A stretch of 64,000 nt of DNA from Anaeramoeba ignava BMAN. Lineage: Eukaryota > Protista > Anaeramoebae. This document shows, one piece after another, positions 38,101 through 51,800 of the stretch. Location of the stretch: the NCBI GenBank assembly GCA_028826165.1, contig JAPDFW010000099.1, positions 179,066 through 243,065 of the forward strand. The letters run 5' to 3'. How positions within the stretch are numbered: the first letter of the stretch is position 1; the number at the start of each line of letters is the position of its first letter. Below the pieces are notes generated by a model. It ran no database searches. It was not told where the DNA came from and saw only the letters and a list, made by a program, of their open reading frames with translations. The position numbers and the translations under genes were made by a program.

Positions 38101-41100
38101 CCAAAAATCCAAAAATTAAAAAATTAAAAATAAATATCAATATATAAATATAAAAGAATTCAATCGATGGTATGAATTAGATGTAAAAGGAGAGCCTCCA
38201 TCAGCGAGATTTCATCACACAGCGACATCAGCTAAGAAGCAATTATGGATTATAGGAGGAAAATCAATATTTGACAACAAACATTCTACAGTTATGTTAA
38301 GTGTTGAATCAGGTGATTGGCAGCATGTAAGTACTTTTGGAGATGAACCAAAAATAAAAGCAAGACATTCAGCAACTTTTGTTAGAAAATCAAAATCTGG
38401 AAAAAGAAATAATTATCCTTTTGATATGATTGTTTTATTTGGTGGATATTGTAATTCAATAATTTCAAATGAAACCCATTTATTAATGATAAATACAAAT
38501 GAAGCAACTCCAAGAAAAAGAAGCATTAAGAAAAGATATTCAGGAACCACTCAAAATAGCAATTTTTTAATTGATAAAAATTCAGATTTAAATTTAAATC
38601 GATTTAGAAATTCAAATTCGGATCAAAATTTAAAAACAAATTTAAAAACAAATTTAAAAACAAATTTAAAAACAAATTTAAATTCAAATACAAATTCAAA
38701 TTCAAATATAAATTCAAATCAATTCAAATTCAAATATAAATTCAAATACAAATTCAAATTCAAATATAAATTCAAATACAAATTCAAATTTAAATATAAA
38801 TTCAAATTCAAATATAAATTCAAATATAAATTCAAATTCAAATATAAATTCAAATTCAAATATAAATTCAAATACAAATTCAAATTCAAATCAATTCAGA
38901 AATTCAAATACAAATTCAAATACAAATTCAAATATAAATTCAAATATAAATACAAATATAAATTCAAATTTAAATACAAATATAAATTCAAATATAAATT
39001 CAAATTTAAATTCAAATATAAATTCAAATTCAAATATAAATTCAAAAACTAAATTATTCCCTCCTCCAAAACCAAAGGCTTTTCAACAAAAACAATTAGA
39101 TTCATTTCCAAAAATTAAGACAAGATCTCTTCCTAATTCTGGTGAAATAAATCAAAAAATTCACAATGTTCTATTTCCAAATCCCAAACCAAAATCACTT
39201 TTGTTAAAAAATCACAATTCAAATCCAAATTTAAAACCAAATTTAAAACCAAATTTAAAACCAAGATCAAACTTAATTCCAAGAAACCAAGAAAAATCCC
39301 TAACTACTTATAATATTCAAATATCAAATATAAATATAAATATAAATCCTTCAAAAAAAGAAGTGGAATCAATTTCAAAAGATAAAAAATTAATTACAAA
39401 AGATGACCAACCAGAAAACGAAAATATAAACATAAATTTAATTCAAAATCTAATTCAAAATCAAAATCAAAATCAAAATCAAATTCAAAATCAAAATCCA
39501 ATTCAAAATCAAAATCCAATTCAAAATCAAATTCAAATTCAAATAGAAAATCCAATTCAAAATCCAATTCAAAATCCAATTCAAAATCAAATTCAAAATC
39601 CAATTCAAAATCAAAATCAAAATCAAAATCTAAATCAAAATCAAATTCAAAATCAAATTCAAAATCCAATTCAAAATCAAAATCAAAATCAAAATCCAAT
39701 TCAAAATCAAATAAAAAATCCAATTCAAAATCCAATTCAAAATATAAATTTAAATTTAAATCAAAATCAAAATCCAATTCAAAATCCAATTCAAAATCAA
39801 ATTCAAAATCTAAATCAAATAAAAAATCAAAATCAAAATCCAATTCAAAATCAAAATCAAAATCCAATTCAAAATCAAAATCAAAATCCAATTCAAAATC
39901 CAAATCAAAATCAAATAAAAAATCAAATAAAAAATCAAAATCAAATAAAAAATCAAAATCAAAATCCAATTCAAAATCAAAATCAAAATCAAAATCTAAT
40001 TCAAAATTCAATTCAAAATCAAATAAAAAATCAAAATCAAAATCTAAATCAAAATCAAAATCCAATTCAAAATCAAAATCAAAATATAATTCAAAATCAA
40101 ATAAATCAAATTCAAAATCAAAATCAAAATCAAAATCAAAATCAAAATCTAAATCAAAATCAAAATCAAAATCAAAATCTAAATCAAAATCAAAATCAAA
40201 ATCTAAATCAAAATCAAAATCAAAATCAAAATCAAAATCAAAATCAAAATCAAAATCAAAATCAAAATCAAAATCAAAATCAAAATCAAAATCAAAATCA
40301 AAATCAAATTCAAAATCAAAATCAAATAAATCCAATTCAAAAAAAAGTGCAGTTTAAAACTAATCAAAATAAAAATTCAATTCAAAATCAAAATCAATTT
40401 GAAGGTGGAAAATTTTTGATCCAACCACCAAATTTAGAAAAATCAAACCAAATGATCCAAAGTCAAAGACTTTCACAAGAAATTAAACAAAAACACAAAT
40501 CGATTTTTGTTCGATTTTTAGAAAATCCATTAAACAATTTAGTCAGTAACCAAGAAAATAATATAGAAAATAATATAGAAATTGATAAAAAAAATCGAAG
40601 GAAATCATTACAACCAAATTTTTTAAAGAAGAATATGGAAACGAAGAAAAAAAACAATGATTCTCAACAAAAAACAAATTCAAAAAAAATCCAAGACGAT
40701 TTTGAAATTAAAAACAACTCAATAGAACCAAATCCAAAAAGGAAAACAAGAGTTCTTCGACTTGAATTAATAAGAAAACCAAAAATAAAAAACAATTTAA
40801 ATATTGAAAGCGGATCTAAAACAAATTCAAATGTTAAATCTCAAATTGATTCACAAATTTATTCCAAATCTGATTCTAACATTGAAAGAAAATCTAAAAC
40901 AAATTTAAGCATAGAATCAAAAACTGATTCTCAACTTTATTCCAAATCTGATTCTAACATTAAAAATAAATCACATCATAAATCAAAATCAAATCCTCAA
41001 ATTGAATCTAAAATTGAATCTAAAATTGATTCTCAAATTGAATCTAAAACTGATTCTCAAATTGAATCTAAAATTGATTCTAAAATTGATTCTAAAATTG

Positions 41101-41771
41101 ATTCTAAAGTTGATTCTAAAATTAAAAATAAATCACATCATAAATCACATCATAAATCAAAATCAAATCCTCAAATTGAATCTAAAATTGAATCTAAAAT
41201 TGATCCTCAAATTGAATCTAAAATTGATTCTAAAATTGATTCTAAAATTGATTCTAAAATTGATCCTCAAATTGATTCTAAAATTGATTCTAAAATTGAT
41301 CCTAAAATTGATTCTAAAATTGATTCTAAATTTGATTCTAAATCTGATTCTAAATTTGATTCTAAATCTGATTCTAAAATTAAAAATAAATCACATCATA
41401 AATTACATCATAAATCAAAATCAAAATCACATCATAAATCAAAATCAAAATCACATCATAAATCAAAATCAAAATCAAAATCAAAATCAAAATCAAAATC
41501 CAATTCAAAATCAAAATCAAAAATTGATTCAAATGTAGAAAAAAACGAAAAAAGAAAACAACCCGTAATATCTCTTGAAAGATATATGCCTCAATCAACA
41601 AGAAAAGTATTTTCAATGAATGAAAATAAAAATTTTAATGATTTAGATACATTGAATTTAAAAAAACCTTCTCTTTCAAGAAACACAAATTTACAATATG
41701 ATTCAATTTCGAATCGAACAAATTCAGAAATACCAAATTTACAAACAAATTCGAATTCAAAATTAAAATGA
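35119..41771 (+). CDS. Rho guanine-nucleotide exchange factor: IQ + DH + PH + six Kelch repeats + long low-complexity tail; frame break at ~38720 in a repeat
   Basis: IQKICRGFLIRK (IQ); ELIATEGTYVNQL...FSNIEDI...LLISPVQRIPRYILL (DH); VFLFNDIML...EWVRTI (PH); six R/H-x-H...(F/I)GG Kelch blades at 37205-38490. The sequence after the SN repeat is open into ORF 39201..41771. Confidence 0.88.
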
Positions 41772-42095
41772 AATTTAAAATGAAAATCAATTTCAATTTC
41801 AATTTCAATTTCAATTTCAATTTCAATTTCAATTTCTATTCCAATTTTAATTTCAATTTCAATTTCAATTTTAATTTCAATTTTAATTTTAATTTTAATT
41901 TTAATTTTAATTTCAATTTTAATTTCAATTTTAATTCTAATTGTTTTTTAAAATAATTGAATAAAAAAAAAGAAGAAAAAATTTTTTTAATTTTTTTTTA
42001 AATTTTTATTTTTCATTTTTTTATTTTCCTTTTTTTTTCAAATAAGAAAAAAAAAAGATTTAAAACTAAAAACAGAAAACTAAAACAGAAAACAA

Positions 42096-45000
42096 ATGAG
42101 TGTTCAATCAGAACCACCAAATTATATTTCTAAAAAATTTGCCAATTTATTAAGAAGAGTAAAAAAATGCAAAAAAAAAATTAAAACGTTTTTATTTTTT
42201 ATTAAAAAAAACACAATTTAATATAAAAATAGGTTGGAGAAAGTCATTCAAAACTTGAAGAAGATCGTCTTTTAAAAAATGAAGTTGAAAAACTGAAAAA
42301 TTCACTTCAAAAAACAAACATTTCAAAAAAGCAATTAAATGAGTATTTGATTCGCTCACTTTTTTGTGGTTTATTGGGTCATGATGTTTCTTTTTGTTTT
42401 ATTCATTCTGCAAATATTTCTCAAGATGAAAATGTTTTTTTTAAATCAATTGGTAAATTCAATTCAAATTAAAAAACAAACACAATTAAAATTCTTAATT
42501 TAATAAATTTATTTCAATTTATTTCATTTCAATTTATTTCAATTCAATTTATTTTAATAAATTTATTTCAATTCAATAAATTTATTTTATTTCAATTTAT
42601 TTCAATTCAATAAATTTATTTTATTTCAATTTATTTAATAAATTTATTTCAATTCAATTTAATTCAATTCAATTTATTTAATAAATTTATTTCAATTCAA
42701 TTTATTTAATAAATTTATTTCAATTCAATTTATTTAATAAATTTATTTCAATTCAATTTATTTCAATTAATTTATTTCAATTTAATTTATTTAATAAATT
42801 TATTTCAATTTAATTATTTAATAAATTTATTTCAATTTATTTAATAAATTTATTTCAATTCAATTTATTTAATAAATTTATTTCAATTTAATTTAATAAA
42901 TTTATTTAATAAATTTATTTCAATTCAATTTATTTAATAAATTATTTTATTTCAATTTAATTTAATTCAATTTATTTCAATTTATTTATAAATTTATTTC
43001 AATTTAATTTATTTATTTAATAAATTTATTTCAATTCAATTTATTTCAATTCAATTTATTTCAATTTATTTCAATTCAATTTATTTCAATTCAATTTATT
43101 TCAATTCAATTTATTTCAATTTAATTTATTTTATTAAATTTATTTTATTTCAATTTATTTCAATTTAGGTTATTTGGTTTCTTCTACTTTATATGATAAA
43201 AATAGTGAATTTATGCTTTTAATGGTTAATACAATAAGCAAAGTAATTTATAAATTTTTTTGCAATTTTTAAAATGGAAAATTTATTTTTCTTTTTGTTT
43301 GAATTTTGCTTTTAATAAGGATCTTCTTTCAACAAATCATTTAACACTTGGTCTTGCATTAACAGCAATTACAAAATTAATTCCACAAGATACAATAAGT
43401 GCAGTTCTTCCACAAGTTGAAAAACTTCTTGATCATGAAGAGTAAAACAATTTAAAATCAAAATTAAAATTTAAATTGAAATCAAAATTAAAATTAAAAT
43501 TAAAATTGAAATTAAAATTAAAATTAAAATTAAAATTAAAATTAAAATTAAAATTAAAATTAAAATCAAAATTAAAATTAAAATTAAAATTAAAATTAAA
43601 ATTCAAATTGAAATTCAAATTAAAATTAAAATTAAAATTAAAATTATAATTAAAATTAAAATTAAAATTAAAATTAAAATTAAAATTAAAATTAAAATTA
43701 AAATTAAAATTAAAATTAAAATTAAAATTAAAATTAAAATTAAAATTAAAATTAATATTAAAATTAATTATTAAAATTAAAATCAAATTCAAAATTAAAA
43801 TTAAAATTAAAATCAAATTCAAAATTAAAATTAAAATTCAAATTAAAAATAAAATTAAAATTAAAATTAATATTAAAATTAAAATTAAAATTAAAATTAA
43901 AATTAAAATTAAAATTAAAATTAAAATTAAAATTAAAATTAAAATTAAAATTAAATTTAAATTTAATATTAAAATAAATATTAAAATTAAAATTAAAATA
44001 GAATTTTTATCAGAAGAAAAGCAATAAGTGCTATGTTTACATTTTTATTAAAAAGTCCTTCAATTGTTTCGTCATTACTTCCAAAATTTAAAAAAGTTTT
44101 ATGCGATCAAGATCCTTCTGTTATGGGTGCTTCACTTCCAATTTTTTATGAATTAGCAAAAGTAAAATTTAATTTCAATTTCAATTTCAATTTCAATTTC
44201 AAATTCAATTTCAAATTTAATTTCAATTTTAATTTCAAATTTAATTTCAATTTTAATTTCAAATTCAAATTCAATTTTAATTTCAATTTTAATTTCAATT
44301 TCAATTTTAATTTCATTTCAATTTCAATTTCAAATTCAATTTCAATTTCAAATTTAATTTCAATTCAATTCAATTCAATTTTAATTTCAATTTTAATTTC
44401 AATTCAATTCAATTCAATTCAATTTTAATTTCAAATTTAATTTTAATTTCAAATTTAATTTTAATTTCAATTTCAAATTTAATTTCAATTTTAAATTTAA
44501 TTTTAATTTCAATTTTAAATTTAATTTTAATTTCAATTTCAATTCAATTCAATTCAATTCAATTTTAATTTCAAATTTAATTTCAATTTCAAATTCAATT
44601 TTAATTTCAATTTCAATTTTAATTTCAATTTCAATTTCAAATTTAATTTTAATTTCATTTTCCTTTTTTATTTAAAAGAGAGATCCAGTTTCACAAAAAG
44701 AATTAATTCCAAGTTTTGTTTCTATTCTCAAACAAATTGTTGAAGGAAAATTATCTACACAATATGATTATCATCATATTCATGCTCCATGGATTCAAAT
44801 TAAGCTTCTAAAAATATTAAGTATTCTTGGAAAAGATGATCAAAAGTAAAATTAAAATTAAAATTAAAATCAAAATCAAAATCAAAATCAAAATTAAAAT
44901 TAAAATTAAAATTAAAATTAAAATTAAAATTAAAATTAAAAATAAAATTAAAATTAAAATTAAAATTAAAATTAAAACTAAAATTAAAATTAAAATTAAA

Positions 45001-48000
45001 ATTATAATATTAAATTAAAATCAAAATTTAAAAATAAAATTAAAAAATAAAATTAAAATTAAATTATAATTATAATTTTAATATTAAATTAAAATTAAAA
45101 TTTAAAATTAAAATTAAAAAATTCTTATTTTAAATAATAGATCAAGTTCAGAAATGTATAATATTGTTTTTGAAGCATTAAAGAAGGCAGAAGGAGCTTT
45201 TTCAACAGGATCTAGAGTTGCATATGGTATTTTTAAAATTAAAATTAAAATTAAAAATAAAATTTAAAATTAAAATTAAAATTAAAATTAAAAATTTAAA
45301 ATTAAAATTAAAATTAAATATTAAAATTAAAATTAAAATTAAAATTAAAATTAAAATTAAAAATTAAAAATTAAAATTAAAATTAAAATTAAAATTAAAA
45401 TTAAAATTAAAATTAAAATTTAAATTAAAATTAAAATTAAAATTTAAATTAAAATTTAAAATAGCTGTGAATTATGAGTGCATTTTAACAATTACGAAAA
45501 TTTATCCTGAGCCAACACTTCTTCAATCAGCAGCTTCAATAACACGACATTTCCTAACGAATCAATCCAAAAACTTACGATATTTAGGGGTGAAAGCATT
45601 AACAGAGTTAGTAAAAGTATATCCAGAAAGCGCGATCCAAAACCAAGTGACGATATTAGAATTATTAGAAGATTCAGATGATTCACTAAAACAAAAAGCG
45701 TTCCAACTTTTATACCGAATCACAACAGCAGCAAATGTATCTCTTGTAACAACAAAAATGCTCCATTATCTTCAAATCCAAACAAACACAACTTATAAAT
45801 CGGAACTTGCTGCTCAAATTACTCAACTTGCTGAGAAATTCGCTCCAGATACCGAGTGGTTTATTAAAACTATTAATTCTGTTTTTGAAATTTGTGGTGA
45901 TTTAGTTAAAAGAGAAACTGCTCATAATTTGATGAAATTAATTGCTGAAATTGGTGATGATGATGATGAAGATGATGATAATGAGAATAGTGAAAGTCAT
46001 CTTAAGAAATTTGCTGTTGATGTGTAAATTTAATTATAAAATTAAAATTATTTGAATTTAAAATTAAAATTATAACTAAATTTATTTGAAATTAAAATTG
46101 AAATTAAAAATAAATTTATTTGAAATTAAAATTAAAACTAAAAATAAATTTATTTGAATTGAAAATTATAATTATAAATAAATTTATTTGAATTAAAAAT
46201 TATAACTAAATTTATTTGAATTAAAATTAAAATTAAAATTAAAATTAAATTTATTTAAATTTAAAATTAAAATTTAAAATTAAAATTAAAATTATAACTA
46301 AAATTATAATTATAAATAAATTTATTTAAAATTAAAATTATAACTAAATTGATTTAAAATTAAAATTATTTGAAATTAAAATTAAAATTAAAACTAAAAA
46401 TAAATTTATTTGAATTGAAAATTGAAATTAAAAATAAATTTATTTGAATTGAAAATTAAAATTATAAATAAATTTATTTGAATTTAAAATTTAAAATTAT
46501 AACTAAATTTATTTGAATTTAAAATTAAAATTATAACTAAATTTATTTGATTTAAAATTATAATTAAAATTAAAATTAAAAATAAATTTATTTGAATTGA
46601 AAATTAAAATTCATTTATAAAATTAAAAAAGATACTTGAATTTATTGATGTCAAAAGCATCACTCCCAGACATCCTTTATCAAACAATAGTCTGGATTGT
46701 TGGAGAATACTCTTACCTAAACGAACAATACAGCACAGCAGACATTCTAACAGCAATCTGCGAACTAATTGAGAATCCACTTATCCAAAGAGAAACACGG
46801 AACATGGGAGTAACAGCGATGACAAAGATAGTTGGACAAACAAAGGAGTATCCAGAAGACGTACAAGAAATAGTGGAGAAATATTCAAACTCACAGGACA
46901 TCGAATTGCAGCAAAGATGCCTGGAATTGCGTGCATTGGTAGAGAACCAAGATCTTCTGGACGATGTTCTACCACCGGATTCATCATGCGAAGATCTGGA
47001 AGTGGATCCAGATTTGTCTTTCCTTGACACAATAGTCTCAGCTGCACTTAAATCGGGAGCAAAACCTTATGTTCCGTTAGAAAATCGCTTGAAATTAATG
47101 GGAAAAACACCCCCAAAAGAAAAGGCGCTTCGATTTGAAGCATATCAATTAAGTACCCCCAAACTTGCCAACTCGGCAATCACTTCAAAAACTGGGAAAT
47201 CGACTAGTATTTATGATACAGAGCTTCTCGAACGTCCCGAGACATTCTCAACAACACAATCCGCTGATGTCTCTCTGGGAATAAAGGTCACAGGAAAGCA
47301 GAAATGGGGACCTAGCGGCTACACAGGAAAAGCGCAAACAGACAATCAAGAAAAACCCCAAAATCAATACACTCCTACACTTCCTGAAACTCCTCAACAA
47401 CCTCAACAACCTCAACAATCCCAACAAACAGAACCCCAAAAAACCCCAAACTCAAAATCCAAGTCCAAATCCAAGCCAAAGACAAAAAGAATGTCTAAAA
47501 AGGAGAAAGAGGCTGCTGCTCTTGTTGGTGGATTTGTTTCTTCAACAAAGAAAAACATTGTGTCAAAATTAGGGGGGAATTCACCCAAAACAAAAAGAAA
47601 TGAAATAAGTACCCCCAAAAATGAGAAGAAAAGTTTATATTCACAAGAAAATGAAAATTTATATCAATATGAAAGTCCGAAGCAAAATTTATATCAATAT
47701 GGAAATCAAAATCAAAATCAAAATCAAAATCAAAATCAAAATCAAAATCAAAATTTATATGGAAATCAAAAAAAAGACTCATTTCTTATCGATCTAGATC
47801 TCCAACTCAACACACAAACAAACCAAGATTCCTCCAAAAAACAGAAACCAAAATCATTATATACAGCAAACCTCATGGACTCAATAGAACCCCAACAACA
47901 ACCCTCGAGATCTATTCTTGATTCGACCCAAAACTTCCTCACACCAACAATACCAACGCAAGAAAAAACCGAGCAAATCGGATCCGACCGACATCTGCGG

Positions 48001-48705
48001 ATCACATTCACAAAGGAGCAAACAGAAGAGGAAATTGTGGTTACAATCACGGTTGCAAACACTTCATCATCAACTTTGCAGCAAGTTGTTGTGACACTTC
48101 CGCCGCCTGATTCACTGAAAAAAACAACAACAACAATCCCCAAAGCAAGCTCAATGGATCACAATCAAAATCCGCATTTCGCACAAGTTCTTCCGCAGTC
48201 ATCAGTCTCGATAATCGCCAACTTGAAGATCAAGAAAATATCACGAGGAAAATTATTCTCATCAACATTTATTAACGGACAAGTCAATTACGCAACTGAA
48301 TCAAATGCGAACCAGTATTTGGCGTTTAAGATCCCACTTGATCTTGCGGATCTCACAAAACCGTTTGAGATCACAACTGATCTTTTTGCAAAACATTGGG
48401 CAACTCACAATTTCGAAAAAACTTTCAGTTTGATGAAGGTCTCAAATATCAATTCTATAAACCAATTTACCCAACTTATCATAAACACTCTTCATGTTCA
48501 TCTCATCCAAATTATTGGCTCAGAGGCTATAATGGCGGCCGTTATTATCGGCGCTGATTCTGATTCAATGATTGCTTTGATTCATGCAAAATTCCTTCAA
48601 AATCCAAATTCAAATTCTTCTGTTGTTAGTTTGACTGTTAGAACTAAGAATCGTGCTTTAACTGAGAATTTTGCTCGTTTTTGTCAGAAGTTTTTGAAGA
48701 ATTAA
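42096..48705 (+). CDS. AP4E1: AP-4 complex subunit epsilon (multi-exon)
   Basis: SKKFANLLRRVGESHSKLEEDR, LLGHDVSFCFIH, YDYHHIHAPWIQIKLLKIL, AEKFAPDTEWFI, ELQQRCLE, DSSCEDLEVDPDLSFLD...GAKPY and LRFEAY are epsilon-type adaptin signatures; a C-terminal appendage follows the hinge. Confidence 0.92.
42480..46625. repeat. Several repeat-filled introns of AP4E1, each with its own motif (TTTATTTCAA; AAAATT; AATTTC; AAATTTATTTGAA)
   Basis: Repeat tracts at ~42500-43165, 43450-43998, 44165-44655, 44848-45120, 45235-45460 and 46030-46625, all bounded by GT...AG. Confidence 0.88.
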
Positions 48706-48838
48706 ATTTTAAATTCAAAAACAAAATTCAAAAAAACAAAATTTAAATTCAAAAAAATAAAAAAAAGTTTTTCATTTTCATTATTTAATTTTAATTTAAT
48801 TTTTATTTAATTTTAATTTAATTTTTATATTGAAAATT

Positions 48839-51800
48839 TTAAAAATTTTGATTAAATCCAACATCATAAAAACCGCCTTGATCAAAAACAATTTCATTAT
48901 CATCTTCAGATTGAATTTCATCTTGATTTTGTTCATCTTCTTCTTCTTTTTTCTTTTCTTCTTTAATTTGATTTAAATCTGATTGTAAAGATAAAATAGT
49001 AGAAGAAAATTCTCTCATAACTTGAATAATAAACGGCATAGCAAAATCAGTGAAATTAAATCTCCAAGAAAGTTCAAGAGCAACATCAGGATGAATAATA
49101 TCATAACAAGTAAAAAGACAAGCAGAAAAACATTCTTTAAGGGATTTTTCAGCGAAAAAAGTAAGTAATTCTTCCGCAATTTTTGAGTCTTTAGAAGCTG
49201 CAGCTGTATCAATTGCATCCTTATAAATTAAATCTGATTTTGATAATTCAACTGATTTTGCATATCGTTTGTTTTTGCGGTAAATATATGCTGCTATAAT
49301 TCGGAATTGTATTAATTCGTGTTGCTCAAGTTGTTGTGCTAATGAAAGTTGGTCAAAATTTGCAAATGTATCGATTGAATGTCTGAGATTTTCAAACTCT
49401 CCATCTTCAATATAAAGTTCGTTTAATGCTAAATTAACTGCTGGAATGTTATTATTTTGAACAGAAATCAAATACGGTTTTATTAAAGGTAAATCTGATG
49501 TATTTCTGAATTGCAAAACAACTCGTGAATGATCAACTTTGGGACTTAAAACTGATAATAATTCATTCAAAAAAGAAGTGGATGATCTTTCAAATAGAAA
49601 TCAAGAGCTTTATAACAAATATCAACGCTTGTTAAATCTTTGCAAACATCCTTGAATCTTTCGTGTGTCCATGACTCAATGGGATGGTTAATTATTGTCA
49701 GAACTGCGTTGTTTACTTCCTGATAAAGAATATAAAGATATGATAATTCATTCCATTGATGTAATTGATCACATTGACGAATTAATTTTGCAATATTCAT
49801 TTTATTCGAATATAATTTAATATGCGGAAGTAGTTTTTCTTGTGAATATTTTGAATATAAAATTCCGAGTTCAGTAAACATTGCTGGATGAGAACTTTCG
49901 AGTTTAAGTCCAGCTTCTAAAAGCTGAATAACCTCTTCAAAATGGCCTCTATGTTCGTAATATTTGATAACTTCATCCATTTCATCAGCATGAATTATAA
50001 TATTAAGTCCACTTACTTGTGCGAGTCTGAACTCCTTCGCATCAACACAAGCCATATTAACCTCCTTCCAAGTACGTGTTGAATTAGCTTTTCTTGCAGC
50101 ATCAACAGCTGGTCCAAATTCCTTCAAACGAATCAAAGTTGATGCGAGTCTTGAGAAGTTACTGACATTATTATAAAGTAATTTTGCTGCTTGATACATT
50201 TCTTCGTCATAACATCTATCTGCAACTGCTTGAATTTGGGCCACATTGGGTCCGTTGATTAATTCTTCAAGCTCAACTAAACTATCCACTCTTGCAAATG
50301 CGTATATTAATTCAGTCTCGATTTTGGGCTCTTTTATATGTGTTCTTGCCATTTTTAAGAATTTCACAAGATCTTCAAAATATTCTCCACTTTGATTCAC
50401 AATGAAAATAACACGATCATAATTTGAAGGATCATCAGCTTTTAAATAAGAATCAATTCCTTTGTCAACAAATCCTCTTTCAAGTTGGACTTTAGCGAGA
50501 GTTGACCAAACATCAGGTTCATCGCAAATCTCAGCCCAAGAAAGACCTCTTTCAAGGGATTTAATGTTATTGATAAGCACTTCAACAGCTCTTACATTTT
50601 CACCGTGTTTTTTGAATATCAAAAATGCTTCTTCATAAAGTTCAGCTCCAATAGCAACATCAGCAATTCTTATTGGATCGTAATTGTTCAATTTCTCAAT
50701 GTAATCTTTTACTCTTGATGGATCTGCCTTGATTGCAGTAACAAGTAAAAGATTCTGCAAATTGCTGTTATCGCTAAATCTTGAATTTTCAAGAACAATT
50801 TTCTCTAACAAATTGATTAATTGATTTGGTAATTCAGCTGCAATAAAGGCTTTAACAGCAATCGATACTTCTTCTGCTGTTTTTGCTTTAGGAAGTGCGG
50901 ATGAAATTACTTGATCAATAAGTTGTTGTCTGAAACTGTTTTCTTCTGATAAAACAAATTCCCAAAGATCCAAATCTTGTCTTTCCACAAGATAACTAGC
51001 TTGCTCTTTAAACAATGTGTTTTTATTTGTAATTTCAACTAATTCTTTATCGCATTTCCCTCTTCGATAAGCAACAAAAGCCAAAAATGGGTTTTTCTTT
51101 TCACAATATTTTCCAACACTTAAAGAATCATAAAATGGATTTTCCTCAAGAAATTTCTCAGGATCACGATTGATGTCAATATAAATTTTTGCAATTGCAC
51201 TGTGAGTTGCTGAATCTTCATCTCCTTCTTCTATTCTCTTCTCAAGCATTGGTAATAATAGCTTCAATCTTCCTCGTTTGGCAAGTTCTTCTGATAAATC
51301 TTCAACAGGTGCAACTGTGTAAATTGACATGACTAAATTTTTGATAAATTCTTCATTGCAATCCAAATCAATAAGTGCTCCAACTACAAAATGTGATTTT
51401 GAAGGACTGATTTTTTGAACATAAATCTCGATATAATTCATTGCTGTTGATTTGTATAAAAACTTTGTGAGATCATCAACAAATCCAAAACGATCGCAAA
51501 CAATAATCAATGGGATGTAATTTTTCAATCCGCAATTCATCAAAAATTCCTTAACTTGTTGAGGATCATAAGCATTTGAATTTTTCACAATATTTTCAAC
51601 TTCTTTGATTTGCCCAATTTTCACTCCTGCTTCAATATATTTGAATGCAACACTTGGATCTTCACTTAAAGCAACAACTTTTGCCAAGAAATAAAACAAT
51701 CCTTCATATGAATTGTATGATTCAAATAAACCAATCAATTTTTCAATTCCTGTTTTTTCGTAATAAGTTGATGCGATTTGAACAACAACTTGGAGATTTT

